57,975 nucleotides of DNA from an uncultured Eubacteriales bacterium (GCA_900318745.1 ONMC01000004.1:1-57975); one strand, 5' to 3'. Shown: positions 43,506-52,680, counted from the first letter of the stretch. The notes: generated by a model not told the origin, from the letters alone. Numbers and translations are program-made.

Positions 43506-45671
43506 TCAGTGCAGGATCAGCATATAAATGAAGACCGAACAGACTGCGGCGACCAGCATCAGCAGCGCAAACGACAGGTTGCCGGTCAGCCGGTGGGTCG
43601 TATCGCGAAGAGTCATGCGCGCGCGGAACGCGCCTTCCGCGTAGCGATGACTGTCTTTCGCTTCCTTGCCGTGCCGCTGTTCGATGCGATCGATGCGGCT
43701 GCCGAGCCGATAGGCGATCGAGGCGCGCGCCTTATCTTCGACGGGCGGTGCGCTTTCGCGATACACGGTTTTGCGAAGAAGCAGAATAAATGCATCCAAA
43801 AGATCCGACAGCGCGTGCGAAAGGACGAGCCCGCTGCGGAACAGGCCCTTTGCAAGCGGAGCAGACGCTTTGTTTTCACCGAAGATCCCGGTGAGGAACG
43901 ACGCGCCGCGAAACATGCCTTTTGCAAGCGGCGCGGTGAGCTTGTTTTCGCCGAACAGCGCGGCGACCGGACCGAGCAGACCGGGGAGCCACCGGAGCAG
44001 GAGAGGGCGATAGAGAAGCTCCTCAAGATCGAGCCAATCCGGCCAGCGGTTCACATAGACGCGCACGTCGCCTTCGCGCTTCATCAGCATGGTGCGCACG
44101 AAACCGAAGTACAGCGCGACGCCGATCGCGATTGAGACGAGACCGCCCTTGAGATTTTCCCACGAAAGGTAGTGCACCGCGTGTTCAAGCGCTCCGGCGC
44201 GGAAAAAGTCGGTGCCGAGATCGGCGAGCGCGTTCATCGAAACGGATGCGGAGAGTCCCAGCGCGGGCAGCGCGAGCGCGCACAGCAGGAGCACGGCGGT
44301 GCTGATGCGGTTCATGTACGGCCGTTTCGCGTCGAACGCCGCCTGCTTTGTCGGATGCGCTTCAACAAAGAGCGCAACGAACAGTTTGGTCATGTATGCG
44401 ACGGTGATGCCGCCGGAAAAGAGGAAGATCCATTCGACGGCGCGGAGCCCGAACGCGCCGGTCAGTGAGATCCCTTCGACGATGCTTTCATGCAGCAGCG
44501 TTTTGCTGATATAGCCGTTGAACAGCGGAAACCCGCCGATGCCGAGCCCGCCGGACAGAAACGCGAGCATCAGAACCGGTTTGCGCCGACCGAAGCCGCG
44601 GATCTCGTTGAGATCGAGCGCATGCAGGTTCATATAGACGACGCCCGCCGAAAGGAACAGCACGAGCTTGAACAGCGAATGGTTCAGCATGTGCAGCAGC
44701 GTGCCGCGGGCGGCGAGCGCGTTTTCCTCGCCGAGGATGCCGAGCATGCCGATGCCGACGAGGATGAACCCGATCTGACTGACCGACGAGCAGGCGAGCG
44801 TGCGCTTGAGGTCGATCGAGAACAGCGCGAGCAGCGCGCCGAGCAGCATCGTGACCGTGCCGAGCGCGAGGATCACCGCGCCCCACGCGGGATCGTTTCG
44901 GAACAGATTGCAGGTGATCGCGAGCACGCCGAAGATACCGGATTTGGTGAGCAATCCGGACAGCAGCGCGCTTGCGGGCGCAGGCGCGACCGGATGCGCT
45001 TTCGGCAGCCAGATGTGCAGCGGGAACATACCCGCCTTTGCGCCGAAGCCGAACAGCACGCAGCCGCCTGCGACGTACAGGATCGCCTTGTTATCGCACG
45101 CCCGCGCCGCGTCGTACAGCTCTGAAATCACCGTCGTGCCGAGCGTAAATTGGAGCAGGAACAGTCCCATCAGCGCGACAAGCCCGCCGATCACCGCGAC
45201 GGCAAGGTACGTGTTCGCCGCTTTCGTCGCGGCGGGCGTCTCCTCCTGAATGACCCAGGTGTAGGATGTGAACGACATGATCTCGAAGAAGATCAGCGCC
45301 GTGAACAGATCGCGCGCGAGAAACACGCCCATCGTCGCGCCGAGCGTCATGAGGTTGAAGAAGTAGTAGCGGTTCTCGGTCGTGTAATGCGAGAAGTACT
45401 CGTTGCCGAGCAGCATCGTCATCGTCCACAGGAACGCGATCACGACGAGGTAGACCTTGCGGAATCCGTCGGTTTCAAAATGCATGCCGAGTCCCGCAAT
45501 CCCGTCGACGCCCGTCTGCTGCGGCGGCAGAAACAGCATCGAAACGGCAAGCAGCAGTTCGATCACGGTCGTGCCCGCGGCAAGCGCGTTGCGCAGACGG
45601 CGGCTTTTGCGCCCGACGAGCCATACGGCGAACGCCGCCGCCATCGGGAAGAAGATCAAAGCGTACAGCAT
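43506..45671 (-). CDS. MrpA/NuoL-like antiporter subunit with long C-terminal amphipathic arm and terminal TM anchor (721 aa)
   Basis: It has a Proton_antipo_M-type core (…WLPKAHPVAPAPASALLSG…) with about 14-16 TM helices. A ~190-aa mostly non-TM extension ends in one TM helix. ATG at 45671 follows GGAGG. Confidence 0.8.
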   Translation of the reverse strand: MLYALIFFPMAAAFAVWLVGRKSRRLRNALAAGTTVIELLLAVSMLFLPPQQTGVDGIAGLGMHFETDGFRKVYLVVIAFLWTMTMLLGNEYFSHYTTENRYYFFNLMTLGATMGVFLARDLFTALIFFEIMSFTSYTWVIQEETPAATKAANTYLAVAVIGGLVALMGLFLLQFTLGTTVISELYDAARACDNKAILYVAGGCVLFGFGAKAGMFPLHIWLPKAHPVAPAPASALLSGLLTKSGIFGVLAITCNLFRNDPAWGAVILALGTVTMLLGALLALFSIDLKRTLACSSVSQIGFILVGIGMLGILGEENALAARGTLLHMLNHSLFKLVLFLSAGVVYMNLHALDLNEIRGFGRRKPVLMLAFLSGGLGIGGFPLFNGYISKTLLHESIVEGISLTGAFGLRAVEWIFLFSGGITVAYMTKLFVALFVEAHPTKQAAFDAKRPYMNRISTAVLLLCALALPALGLSASVSMNALADLGTDFFRAGALEHAVHYLSWENLKGGLVSIAIGVALYFGFVRTMLMKREGDVRVYVNRWPDWLDLEELLYRPLLLRWLPGLLGPVAALFGENKLTAPLAKGMFRGASFLTGIFGENKASAPLAKGLFRSGLVLSHALSDLLDAFILLLRKTVYRESAPPVEDKARASIAYRLGSRIDRIEQRHGKEAKDSHRYAEGAFRARMTLRDTTHRLTGNLSFALLMLVAAVCSVFIYMLILH
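43812..43955 (-). repeat. in-frame tandem duplication, 2 x 72 nt (24 aa)
   Basis: FGENKLTAPLAKGMFRGASFLTGI is followed by FGENKASAPLAKGLFRSGLVLSHA within the C-terminal arm of the NuoL-like protein. Confidence 0.75.
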
Positions 45672-45711
45672 CACGGCGCCTCCTAAACAAGTCCGGATGC
45701 GATCGCATCCG

Positions 45712-47070
45712 TCACAGCGAGGATCGGTTTTGCGAACATGCCGCAAAGAAGCGTGCCTGCGGCGAGCAGAACCATCGGCACAAGCATTTCCCACGACGCC
45801 TCGTGCACGGTTTCGAGCCCATCGAGGTTCGAATCGCGCGCGGGGAACCATGCGCGGCGCGCGCGGCCGCGGTCAAAAGCTGCCACTTGCTGACAAAGCC
45901 GAAGAACGGCGGCAGTCCCGTCAGCGCGAACGCCGAAAACGTAAAGCAGACGAACGTCACGGGCATCCTGCGGCCGAGCCCGTCAAGCTCATAGATGCTC
46001 GTGCGGCCGGTTTGATGCAGCACCGCGCCTGCGCAGAAGAACGCAAGGATCTTGATGCAGGCATGCGCCGCCATATGCATCAGACCGGCGGAAAGTCCCG
46101 CGGGCGTCATCAGGACGGCGCCGAGCAGGATATAGGAAAGATTTGCGACCGTAGAGTACGCAAGCCGGCGCTTGAAATGCGATTCCTTGAGCGCGATCGA
46201 CGAGCCGTATACGATCGTAAATGACGCGAGCAGGATCGCCGCGGTCTGCGCCCAGGAGCCGGACAGCAGATCGATGCCGAAACAGCAGTAGGTCAGGCGG
46301 ATCACCGCGAACGCGCCCGACTTGACGACGGCGACGGCATGCAGCAGCGCGGTCACGGGCGTCGGCGCAACGGACGCCCTGGGCAGCCATGCGTGCAGAG
46401 GGAAGAGCGCCGCCTTTACGCCGAAGCCCAGAAATCCGAACAGCCAGAACAGATACGTGACGTCGTTGCTGTAATAGAGATGTCCCGCAAGGCTGCCGCC
46501 GGATTCGAACGGACCTGTTGCGCCGTTGGCGAGCAGAAACACCATCGAGGCGAACGCGAACGCCGCGCCGCCGATCGAGTACAGAAAATACATGCGCGTG
46601 GCGCGCACGGCGGCCTTGGTCATCGGCTGCAACACGAGCGGAACGGTTGAGAGCGTCAGGAGCTCATAGAAGCAGTACATCGTAAACAGGTTTCCCGCCA
46701 TCGCCACGCCGAGCGTCGCGCCGTAGGATACCGTGAAGAACCCGAAAAACATCGGCAGATGCGCTTCGTGCCGCATATAGGCGCGTGCATACAGTACGGT
46801 CAGCGGCCACAGCGCGGAAACGATGCCGACGAAAAACCGCCCGAGTCCGTCCAGCCGCAGCGACAGCGTCAGCGCCGGCGCGAACCGCACAAGGTCGAGC
46901 GCACCGTCAACGCCGAAGATCAGCAGTACGCAGCAGCCCGCGCTTGTCAGCACGGAGATTGCAAACGCCGACCACGCGAGCATGTTCGACGAGCGTCCCC
47001 GCAATGCAACGAGCAGCAGACCGGACACGAACGGAAAAAGGATGATGATCAGCAACAGCAGCGGATTCAT
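45712..47070 (-). CDS. mnhD: MrpD/NuoN-like antiporter subunit, paralog 3 (C-terminus frame-disrupted; genuine end probably 45683)
   Basis: A Proton_antipo_M core runs up to ...GFVSKW, and then the frame gives an Arg/Cys-rich tail. The overlapping frame (45683-45886) encodes the expected last TM helix. Confidence 0.7.
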   Translation of the reverse strand: MNPLLLLIIILFPFVSGLLLVALRGRSSNMLAWSAFAISVLTSAGCCVLLIFGVDGALDLVRFAPALTLSLRLDGLGRFFVGIVSALWPLTVLYARAYMRHEAHLPMFFGFFTVSYGATLGVAMAGNLFTMYCFYELLTLSTVPLVLQPMTKAAVRATRMYFLYSIGGAAFAFASMVFLLANGATGPFESGGSLAGHLYYSNDVTYLFWLFGFLGFGVKAALFPLHAWLPRASVAPTPVTALLHAVAVVKSGAFAVIRLTYCCFGIDLLSGSWAQTAAILLASFTIVYGSSIALKESHFKRRLAYSTVANLSYILLGAVLMTPAGLSAGLMHMAAHACIKILAFFCAGAVLHQTGRTSIYELDGLGRRMPVTFVCFTFSAFALTGLPPFFGFVSKWQLLTAAARAAHGSPRAIRTSMGSKPCTRRRGKCLCRWFCSPQARFFAACSQNRSSL

Positions 47071-47079
47071 GAAGTCTCC

Positions 47080-48549
47080 TTACAGCAGGGATGCGGCGAG
47101 CGAAACAGACCATTGCGTCAGAGGACCGGCGAAGATGCCGATCAGAAGTGAGATCGCGGCAAGCAGCGCGATCGGCAGCCACATGACGGCGGTGCCCTCG
47201 TTCGTGCGCGCAAGCGGCGCGAAGTCTTTGCCGGGGAAGAATCCCCTGATCGTGATCGGGAGCAGATAGCCGGCGGTGAGCAGCGCCGAAACAAGCAGCA
47301 CGACCGGCGCAAGCCAGTTCAGAACGGGCAGACCCGTGTCGAGCGCGCCGAGCGCGAGATACCATTTGCTTACAAAGCCGGCGGCGGGCGGAATGCCGAT
47401 CAGCCCCAGAGCGGCGATCGTGAACGACCACAGCGTGACCGGCATCGCTTTACCGACGCCCGTCAGCTCGGACACACGCGTTTTTTCGAGGTTCACGATA
47501 AACGACCCCGCGACGAGGAACAGGCAGATCTTGATGCACGCGTGAAAGACGACGTGCAGCAGACCGCCCGCAACGCTCTGCGGCGTCATGCAGAACAACC
47601 CGACGAGCACGTATGAGATCTGGCTGACGGACGAATAGGCGAGGCGCTTTTTGAATACATCCTCGCGATACGCCATCATCGAGCCCATAAAGACCGTGAG
47701 CAGCGCAAGGGAGATCCACGCAATCTGCACCCAGGTGCCGATCAGAAACTCCGCTCCGACGATGTAAAAGATCGTGCGAAGGATCGCCAGTACGCCCGCC
47801 TTCGTGATGACAGCGGAAAGCACGGCGCTCGCGGGAGCCGGCGCGACGGGGTGCGCGGTCGGCAGCCAGCCGTGCAGCGGATACATGCCCGCCTTCGCGC
47901 CGAAGCCGATCACGCCGAGAAACACGGTGATCTCCAGCAGCGTGCGGTGACCCGCCTTTGCGGCTTCGCCCAGCGTGCCGCCCGCGGTAAAGCGAAGCGT
48001 GTCGGCGTGCTGCGCGAGCGTGAAGATCGCGAGCAGCGCAAGGAAGGCACCGCCGACGGAGTAGAACAGATACTTCAGAGCGGCGCGGATCGATTCCTGC
48101 GTGCGTTCATGCAGCACGAGCGGCATCGACAAAAGCGTCGCCGCCTCGAAGAACAGATACATCGTAATCAGGTTTTCCGAAGCGTCCATCCCCGCGAGCG
48201 CCGCAAGCGAGAACAGCATCCATGCATAGAACGAGGACTGCTGCTCGCCGTGCGCCATGTAACGCGTCGCATATACGCCGGCAAACAGGAATCCGAACAC
48301 GCCGACGGACAGGAACAGCCGTCCGACGCCGTCGGTTGCAAACCCGACGGTCAGGGTATCTGTCATTGCGAACAGCGGGATCGATGCATCCGGCAAAAAC
48401 AGATACCAAAGGCAGCATGCCGCTTCGAGCGACAGCGCGGACAAAAAGACCGCGTTGACGGTGCGAAGCTTTGCACGTTTCATCCATGCCAGCGCAAAGC
48501 CGGATCCGGTCGGTATCAGCAAGAGAGCAAGTAAAAGAACCCGATTCAT
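47080..48549 (-). CDS. mnhD: MrpD/NuoN-like antiporter subunit, paralog 2 (489 aa)
   Basis: HGWLPTAHPVAPAPASAVLS and about 14 TM helices are present. Confidence 0.85.
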   Translation of the reverse strand: MNRVLLLALLLIPTGSGFALAWMKRAKLRTVNAVFLSALSLEAACCLWYLFLPDASIPLFAMTDTLTVGFATDGVGRLFLSVGVFGFLFAGVYATRYMAHGEQQSSFYAWMLFSLAALAGMDASENLITMYLFFEAATLLSMPLVLHERTQESIRAALKYLFYSVGGAFLALLAIFTLAQHADTLRFTAGGTLGEAAKAGHRTLLEITVFLGVIGFGAKAGMYPLHGWLPTAHPVAPAPASAVLSAVITKAGVLAILRTIFYIVGAEFLIGTWVQIAWISLALLTVFMGSMMAYREDVFKKRLAYSSVSQISYVLVGLFCMTPQSVAGGLLHVVFHACIKICLFLVAGSFIVNLEKTRVSELTGVGKAMPVTLWSFTIAALGLIGIPPAAGFVSKWYLALGALDTGLPVLNWLAPVVLLVSALLTAGYLLPITIRGFFPGKDFAPLARTNEGTAVMWLPIALLAAISLLIGIFAGPLTQWSVSLAASLL

Positions 48550-48558
48550 AAACGCCTC

Positions 48559-50046
48559 CTAAAGCAGGGCAAGCCCGCGTTCCAGCAGCAGCACGAGCGG
48601 CTCGGCCGCAACGCCGCAGATGATATTCAGACAGATAAAAACGATCGCCGAAACGGCGTAAACGCCCCGGTCGCCGGGCTTTGCACGCGGCGCGTCTGCC
48701 TCGGCCGCCGGCATATACAGCGCGATCACGACGCGCATGAAATACCAGCCGTTCAGGATCGTGCTCAGCGCCAGCACGATCAGCGTCGGCACAAGCAGCG
48801 AGGCGCGTTCGAAGGCGGCGGCCGCAAACCGATACTTGCTGACGAATCCCATCGTCAGCGGGATGCCGATCATGCTGAACGCACAGATCGAAAAGGTCAG
48901 CGCCGCGAGCCGGTTTTTGTGCCCCGCGCCGCGCCAGTCGCCGCGCTTGCGGCTGCCGGACACATCCGCGAGCTGTGCCGACGAAAGAAACAGCGGGGGT
49001 TTCGTGAACGCGTGGGTGAGGATATGGAACAGAGCGGCGAGCACGCCGAGATGCGGCGAAAGACTGATGCCCATGTAGATGTATCCGATCTGCGCCGCGG
49101 ACGAGTACGCGATCATACGGAACACATCCTTTTCGCGCAGGGCGCTGATGCTGCCGACGACGATGCCGATCGCGCCGAACACGTACAGCACGTTCGAGAC
49201 GCCGCTCCGGTAGAACACGTTCGTGCCGAACACGCGGAAGATCACGCGCAGCAGAAAGAAAATGTATCCCTTCGATACGATACCGGACAGAATGCCGCCC
49301 GACGCGGGCGTCGCGTAGCCGTAGGTATCCGGCATCCAGAAGTGGAAGGGGAACAGACCGCTTTTGATCGCAAGACCGACCGTGATCAGCGAGATCGCCG
49401 AAAGCAGCACGATGCGGTAGGATCCGCTTTCGTACAGCGCGCCGATCGCTTCCTTAAGGTTCGGCATCAGCAGATGTCCCGTGATCGCGTACAGCAGGAT
49501 CACGCCGAGCAGAAACAGACCGGAGCCGATCAGCGAGAAGATCATATAGCGGATCGAGGCGAGCGTCGTGCGTCCGATCTGCCGGATCATCAGAAGTCCG
49601 CAGGACGAGATTGTGCAGATCTCGATGAACACGTAACCGGTGAACAGGTCGTTCGTGCAGCACAGCACGATCAGCGCCGACAGCACGAGATCGCTCATCA
49701 CATAGTACAGGCGGTGCTTGCCGTCCTCAAGGTCCTCCGAAAGATGCTTTCTGCCGCCCAACAGGCACAGTCCCATAACGATCGCGAACACGCACAGCAG
49801 CAGCGGTTCCAATATGCCGAAGTACAGCTCGTTGCCCCACGGATGCGGATAATGCCCCATGAGATACGTCGTTGCCGCGCCGGTGCGAACGCCGTACCAA
49901 AGCAGCAGGGCTGCGCCGATCGCGACGAGCGCGCACAGCGACAGCGACAGCCGCCGCGCCGCGCGACCCGGCAGCACCGAGCTGACGACGGAGCAGATGA
50001 GGCAGAGCACAACGGCAAACAGCGGGAAATTCACAACAAACGCCAT
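48559..50046 (-). CDS. mnhD: MrpD/NuoM-N-like antiporter subunit, paralog 1 (495 aa)
   Basis: FHFWMPDTYGYATPASGGILSG and about 14 TM helices are present. Confidence 0.85.
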   Translation of the reverse strand: MAFVVNFPLFAVVLCLICSVVSSVLPGRAARRLSLSLCALVAIGAALLLWYGVRTGAATTYLMGHYPHPWGNELYFGILEPLLLCVFAIVMGLCLLGGRKHLSEDLEDGKHRLYYVMSDLVLSALIVLCCTNDLFTGYVFIEICTISSCGLLMIRQIGRTTLASIRYMIFSLIGSGLFLLGVILLYAITGHLLMPNLKEAIGALYESGSYRIVLLSAISLITVGLAIKSGLFPFHFWMPDTYGYATPASGGILSGIVSKGYIFFLLRVIFRVFGTNVFYRSGVSNVLYVFGAIGIVVGSISALREKDVFRMIAYSSAAQIGYIYMGISLSPHLGVLAALFHILTHAFTKPPLFLSSAQLADVSGSRKRGDWRGAGHKNRLAALTFSICAFSMIGIPLTMGFVSKYRFAAAAFERASLLVPTLIVLALSTILNGWYFMRVVIALYMPAAEADAPRAKPGDRGVYAVSAIVFICLNIICGVAAEPLVLLLERGLALL

Positions 50047-50049
50047 ACG

Positions 50050-50436
50050 TTATACCCCGTGTTCCTTCTGCGCCATTGCGTAGATCTCGTCGAGATTCAG
50101 GCTGTGGTAGCGCTGATAGAGCCGCACGGTCAGCGCCAGCATGACCGCGGTGACCGAAACCGAAACGACGATGCCCGTCAGCACGAGTCCCGCCGGAAGC
50201 GGATTCACGTACAGCGCGGGGTCCGTCTCGCCGCTGCGGATGATCGGCGACAGACGGTTTTCAATGTATCCGAGCGACGTCAGCAGCAGATACGCCGCCG
50301 TGTCCATGATGTTCAGCCCGATGATCTTTTTTAGAAGGTTGCGGTGCAGCAGCAGGGTCACGAATCCCACGGCGAACAGGATCACCGCCGCAACGGCGAT
50401 GCGGGAATCCCATAAACGAAGCAGCAGTTCACGCAT
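50050..50436 (-). CDS. mnhC: MrpC / NuoK-like subunit (128 aa)
   Basis: It has three TM helices (IIGLNIMDTAAYLLL..., LVLTGIVVSVSVTAVMLAL). Its ATG shares one base with the mrpB stop. The upstream 289 aa of the track ORF are Arg-rich junk. Confidence 0.8.
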   Translation of the reverse strand: MRELLLRLWDSRIAVAAVILFAVGFVTLLLHRNLLKKIIGLNIMDTAAYLLLTSLGYIENRLSPIIRSGETDPALYVNPLPAGLVLTGIVVSVSVTAVMLALTVRLYQRYHSLNLDEIYAMAQKEHGV

Positions 50437-51338
50437 CAGATCCGCCCCCTTTGAAAAATCGAATACAGTCCGTACATCGTACACGCGACGACGACGCCTA
50501 CCGCGATATTCAGCGGCAGGATCAGTCCCGCGGAGAGGATGCGTCCCGGCGTGCCGGGCGAGAAGATCGTGTGCAGACCGTTCGCGCCGCAGAAGAATGA
50601 ATAACACTTCGATACGCTGTAAAAGCAGAGCGCGACGAGGCAGATGATGCGGAACGATTTGAGGTTCAACATCCGTTCGAGCCGCGTAAAGCCGAACGCG
50701 ATCGCGTACAGGATCAGCCCCGCGCCGATGATCGCGCCGCCGGAGAATCCGCCGCCCGGTCCCAGATGCCCGTTCAGGAGCACGTAGATGCCGAACAGCA
50801 CAATGATCGGCACGAGCAGCGCGGCGGTCGTCGTCAGAATTCCGTCGCGGCGCATCAGCACGTCCTCCGGATCGGGCTCCGGCTCCGCGTCGCGAAGGGA
50901 CAGCAGCAGGATCAGCACGGCGGTCAGCGCCGTGTAAAGCACGTGCGATTCGCCGAGCGTATCGAACGCGCGGTAGTCGAGGATCACGCCGGCGACGACG
51001 TTCACCGCGCCGGTCTCCGCCATGCCGTCGCGCACGTAGCGCGCGGGCACCTCGTTGTCGGCGGGAACGTTCGCCGCGCCGAACGGCGGCAGGTCGTATA
51101 CGGTCATCAGCAAAAACGCGATCAGCACGACGCCGAGGATCGCGGCCAGTATCGGATAGATGCGGGAAAAGGCGCGCATCTCGCCGGCGGCAAGCCGCTG
51201 CACCGGCTCGTCGGATACCGTGCGGTCGGTCGGCGCGGGACGCATCGGGCGGTTCAGATCGCCCGTCGTCCGCTCGGTCAGATCGAACCGGTCTTCGTCC
51301 CATGCGCGGAAGCGCTCAAGAAAGCCTGTCTTTTTCAT
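50436..51338 (-). CDS. mnhB: MrpB (MnhB) subunit with MbhE-like N-terminal part
   Basis: The NVVAGVILDYRAFDTLGES and GHLGPGGGFSGGAIIG motifs are present. Confidence 0.8.
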   Translation of the reverse strand: MKKTGFLERFRAWDEDRFDLTERTTGDLNRPMRPAPTDRTVSDEPVQRLAAGEMRAFSRIYPILAAILGVVLIAFLLMTVYDLPPFGAANVPADNEVPARYVRDGMAETGAVNVVAGVILDYRAFDTLGESHVLYTALTAVLILLLSLRDAEPEPDPEDVLMRRDGILTTTAALLVPIIVLFGIYVLLNGHLGPGGGFSGGAIIGAGLILYAIAFGFTRLERMLNLKSFRIICLVALCFYSVSKCYSFFCGANGLHTIFSPGTPGRILSAGLILPLNIAVGVVVACTMYGLYSIFQRGRI

Positions 51339-51585
51339 CGTTCGCCTTTCTGCGGATGTCGCGCAGCTTTTTCAGCGTAATGAACAGCAGAATGCTCGAG
51401 ATACCCGCGCCGACCGCCGCCTCCGTGACGGCAAGATCGGGGGCCTTCAGAAGCGCCCAAAGAACGGACATGATCGTGCTGTACGCCATGAATATGATCA
51501 GGGAGGCGAGCAGGTTTCTGGTCAGGCAGGTCGAGATCCCGCACACCACCAGAAGACCGAGCAGAAGCAGTTCAAAGTAATCCAT
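51316..51585 (-). CDS. MbhD-like / MrpA C-terminal-like small subunit (DUF4040)
   Basis: It is 89 aa with three TM helices, and ...DLAVTEAAVGAGIS... is typical of the family. Confidence 0.7.
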   Translation of the reverse strand: MDYFELLLLGLLVVCGISTCLTRNLLASLIIFMAYSTIMSVLWALLKAPDLAVTEAAVGAGISSILLFITLKKLRDIRRKANDEKDRLS

Positions 51586-51922
51586 CCGGGTCCTTCTCCG
51601 TTTCTTTCGTATGTTCCATATGGTTCAGCGCGTCTTTGTCGGTGCGCAGCTCCATCCGCGCGACGAGGTGCGACGACAGCGGGCTTCCGATCCAGATGAA
51701 CCCCAGCACGCCCAAAAGCTTCCATATAAATATAGGCGCGTCCGCCGCGAGCATCAGCGCGGCGAGGATGAACATCACGCCGAGCGTGTCGATGATCGCT
51801 GCGCATTGCATGCGGTTCAGCACGAAGCGAAAGCGGAATACGCCGAACACCGAGGTCAGAATCACAAAGATGCCGCAGGCGGCGAGCAGGGCGCAAAGCC
51901 CGAACCGAATCCATTCACTCAT
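51572..51922 (-). CDS. mnhG: MrpG (MnhG) subunit
   Basis: FRFRFVLNRMQCAAIIDTLG... is typical of MnhG, and it has 3 TM helices. Confidence 0.8.
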   Translation of the reverse strand: MSEWIRFGLCALLAACGIFVILTSVFGVFRFRFVLNRMQCAAIIDTLGVMFILAALMLAADAPIFIWKLLGVLGFIWIGSPLSSHLVARMELRTDKDALNHMEHTKETEKDPDGLL

Positions 51923-52220
51923 CTTTCGTTTCCTCCTCCGGCGCGTCGGTACGGCCGCGTCCCATGTGCGTGCGCGTCAGAACGACCACGGCAAGAAAGC
52001 TGATCATGCCGTAGATCAGGCAGACGTCGAGCAGCCAGCTTTCCTTCACGAGCAGAGCGACGGTCGCGATCGCAAGCAGCGAGAGCGTGCCGATCATGTT
52101 GATGCCCATGATGCGGTCGGCAACGCGCGGTCCGCGGATCGCGCGCACGAGCGCGAACAGGATGCCGGCGCCGAGCGAGAACAGCACGACGATAAATAAG
52201 ATGCGATATGCCTGTTCCAT
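51915..52220 (-). CDS. mnhF: MrpF (MnhF) subunit
   Basis: LVRAIRGPRVADRIMGINMIGT is the typical MnhF motif. Confidence 0.8.
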   Translation of the reverse strand: MEQAYRILFIVVLFSLGAGILFALVRAIRGPRVADRIMGINMIGTLSLLAIATVALLVKESWLLDVCLIYGMISFLAVVVLTRTHMGRGRTDAPEEETKDE

Positions 52221-52221
52221 G

Positions 52222-52680
52222 CTATGCCTCCATCTTCCGGATCAGCTTGACCAGCGCGCCGTCGTTGATCCCGTCGATCATGTCGCGGCTCATGCAATGC
52301 ACGGTGAAGCGGTTTTCCTCCACGCGTACCGTGATCGTGCCGGGCGTCAGCGTGATTGAGTTAGCGAGCAAAAACCGCCCGAAGCGGGTTTTGAGATCGG
52401 TATCAAAGACGACAAGGTTCTTCTGCACCTTACGGTGCCGCCGCCAGATCAGCCGGATCATCACCACGTTCGATCGCACGATCTCAAAGACCAGTACGCA
52501 GAGGTACGCGGCGAACAGCGGGATCCGCCGCAGAAAGCGCAGGTCCTTCTTGGGCGTATAGCCGAACAGCGCATAGCTGAGCAGTCCGACCGCGGCGGTG
52601 ATGGCCGCGCCGAACAGAACAATCTCCAAGGTGACGGAGCCGTTCAGAATCAGCCATAGACAAAACAACAGCAAATACAT
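52222..52680 (-). CDS. mnhE: MrpE (MnhE) subunit
   Basis: LWLILNGSVTLEIVLFG...LANSITLTPGTITV are typical MnhE motifs. I prefer ATG 52680 (GAGG 8 nt upstream) over the TTG at 52725. Confidence 0.78.
   Translation of the reverse strand: MYLLLFCLWLILNGSVTLEIVLFGAAITAAVGLLSYALFGYTPKKDLRFLRRIPLFAAYLCVLVFEIVRSNVVMIRLIWRRHRKVQKNLVVFDTDLKTRFGRFLLANSITLTPGTITVRVEENRFTVHCMSRDMIDGINDGALVKLIRKMEA

Noticed and set aside
50437-51303. N-terminal 289 aa of the 417-aa track ORF 50050-51303. Similar upstream extensions occur at 45672-45851, 37235-38020, 23878-24015, 15761-15985 and 53888-53992.
   Set aside because: The extensions are Arg-rich or run through promoters or neighbouring genes. Internal starts with GGAGG-type RBSs give proteins of the normal family length.
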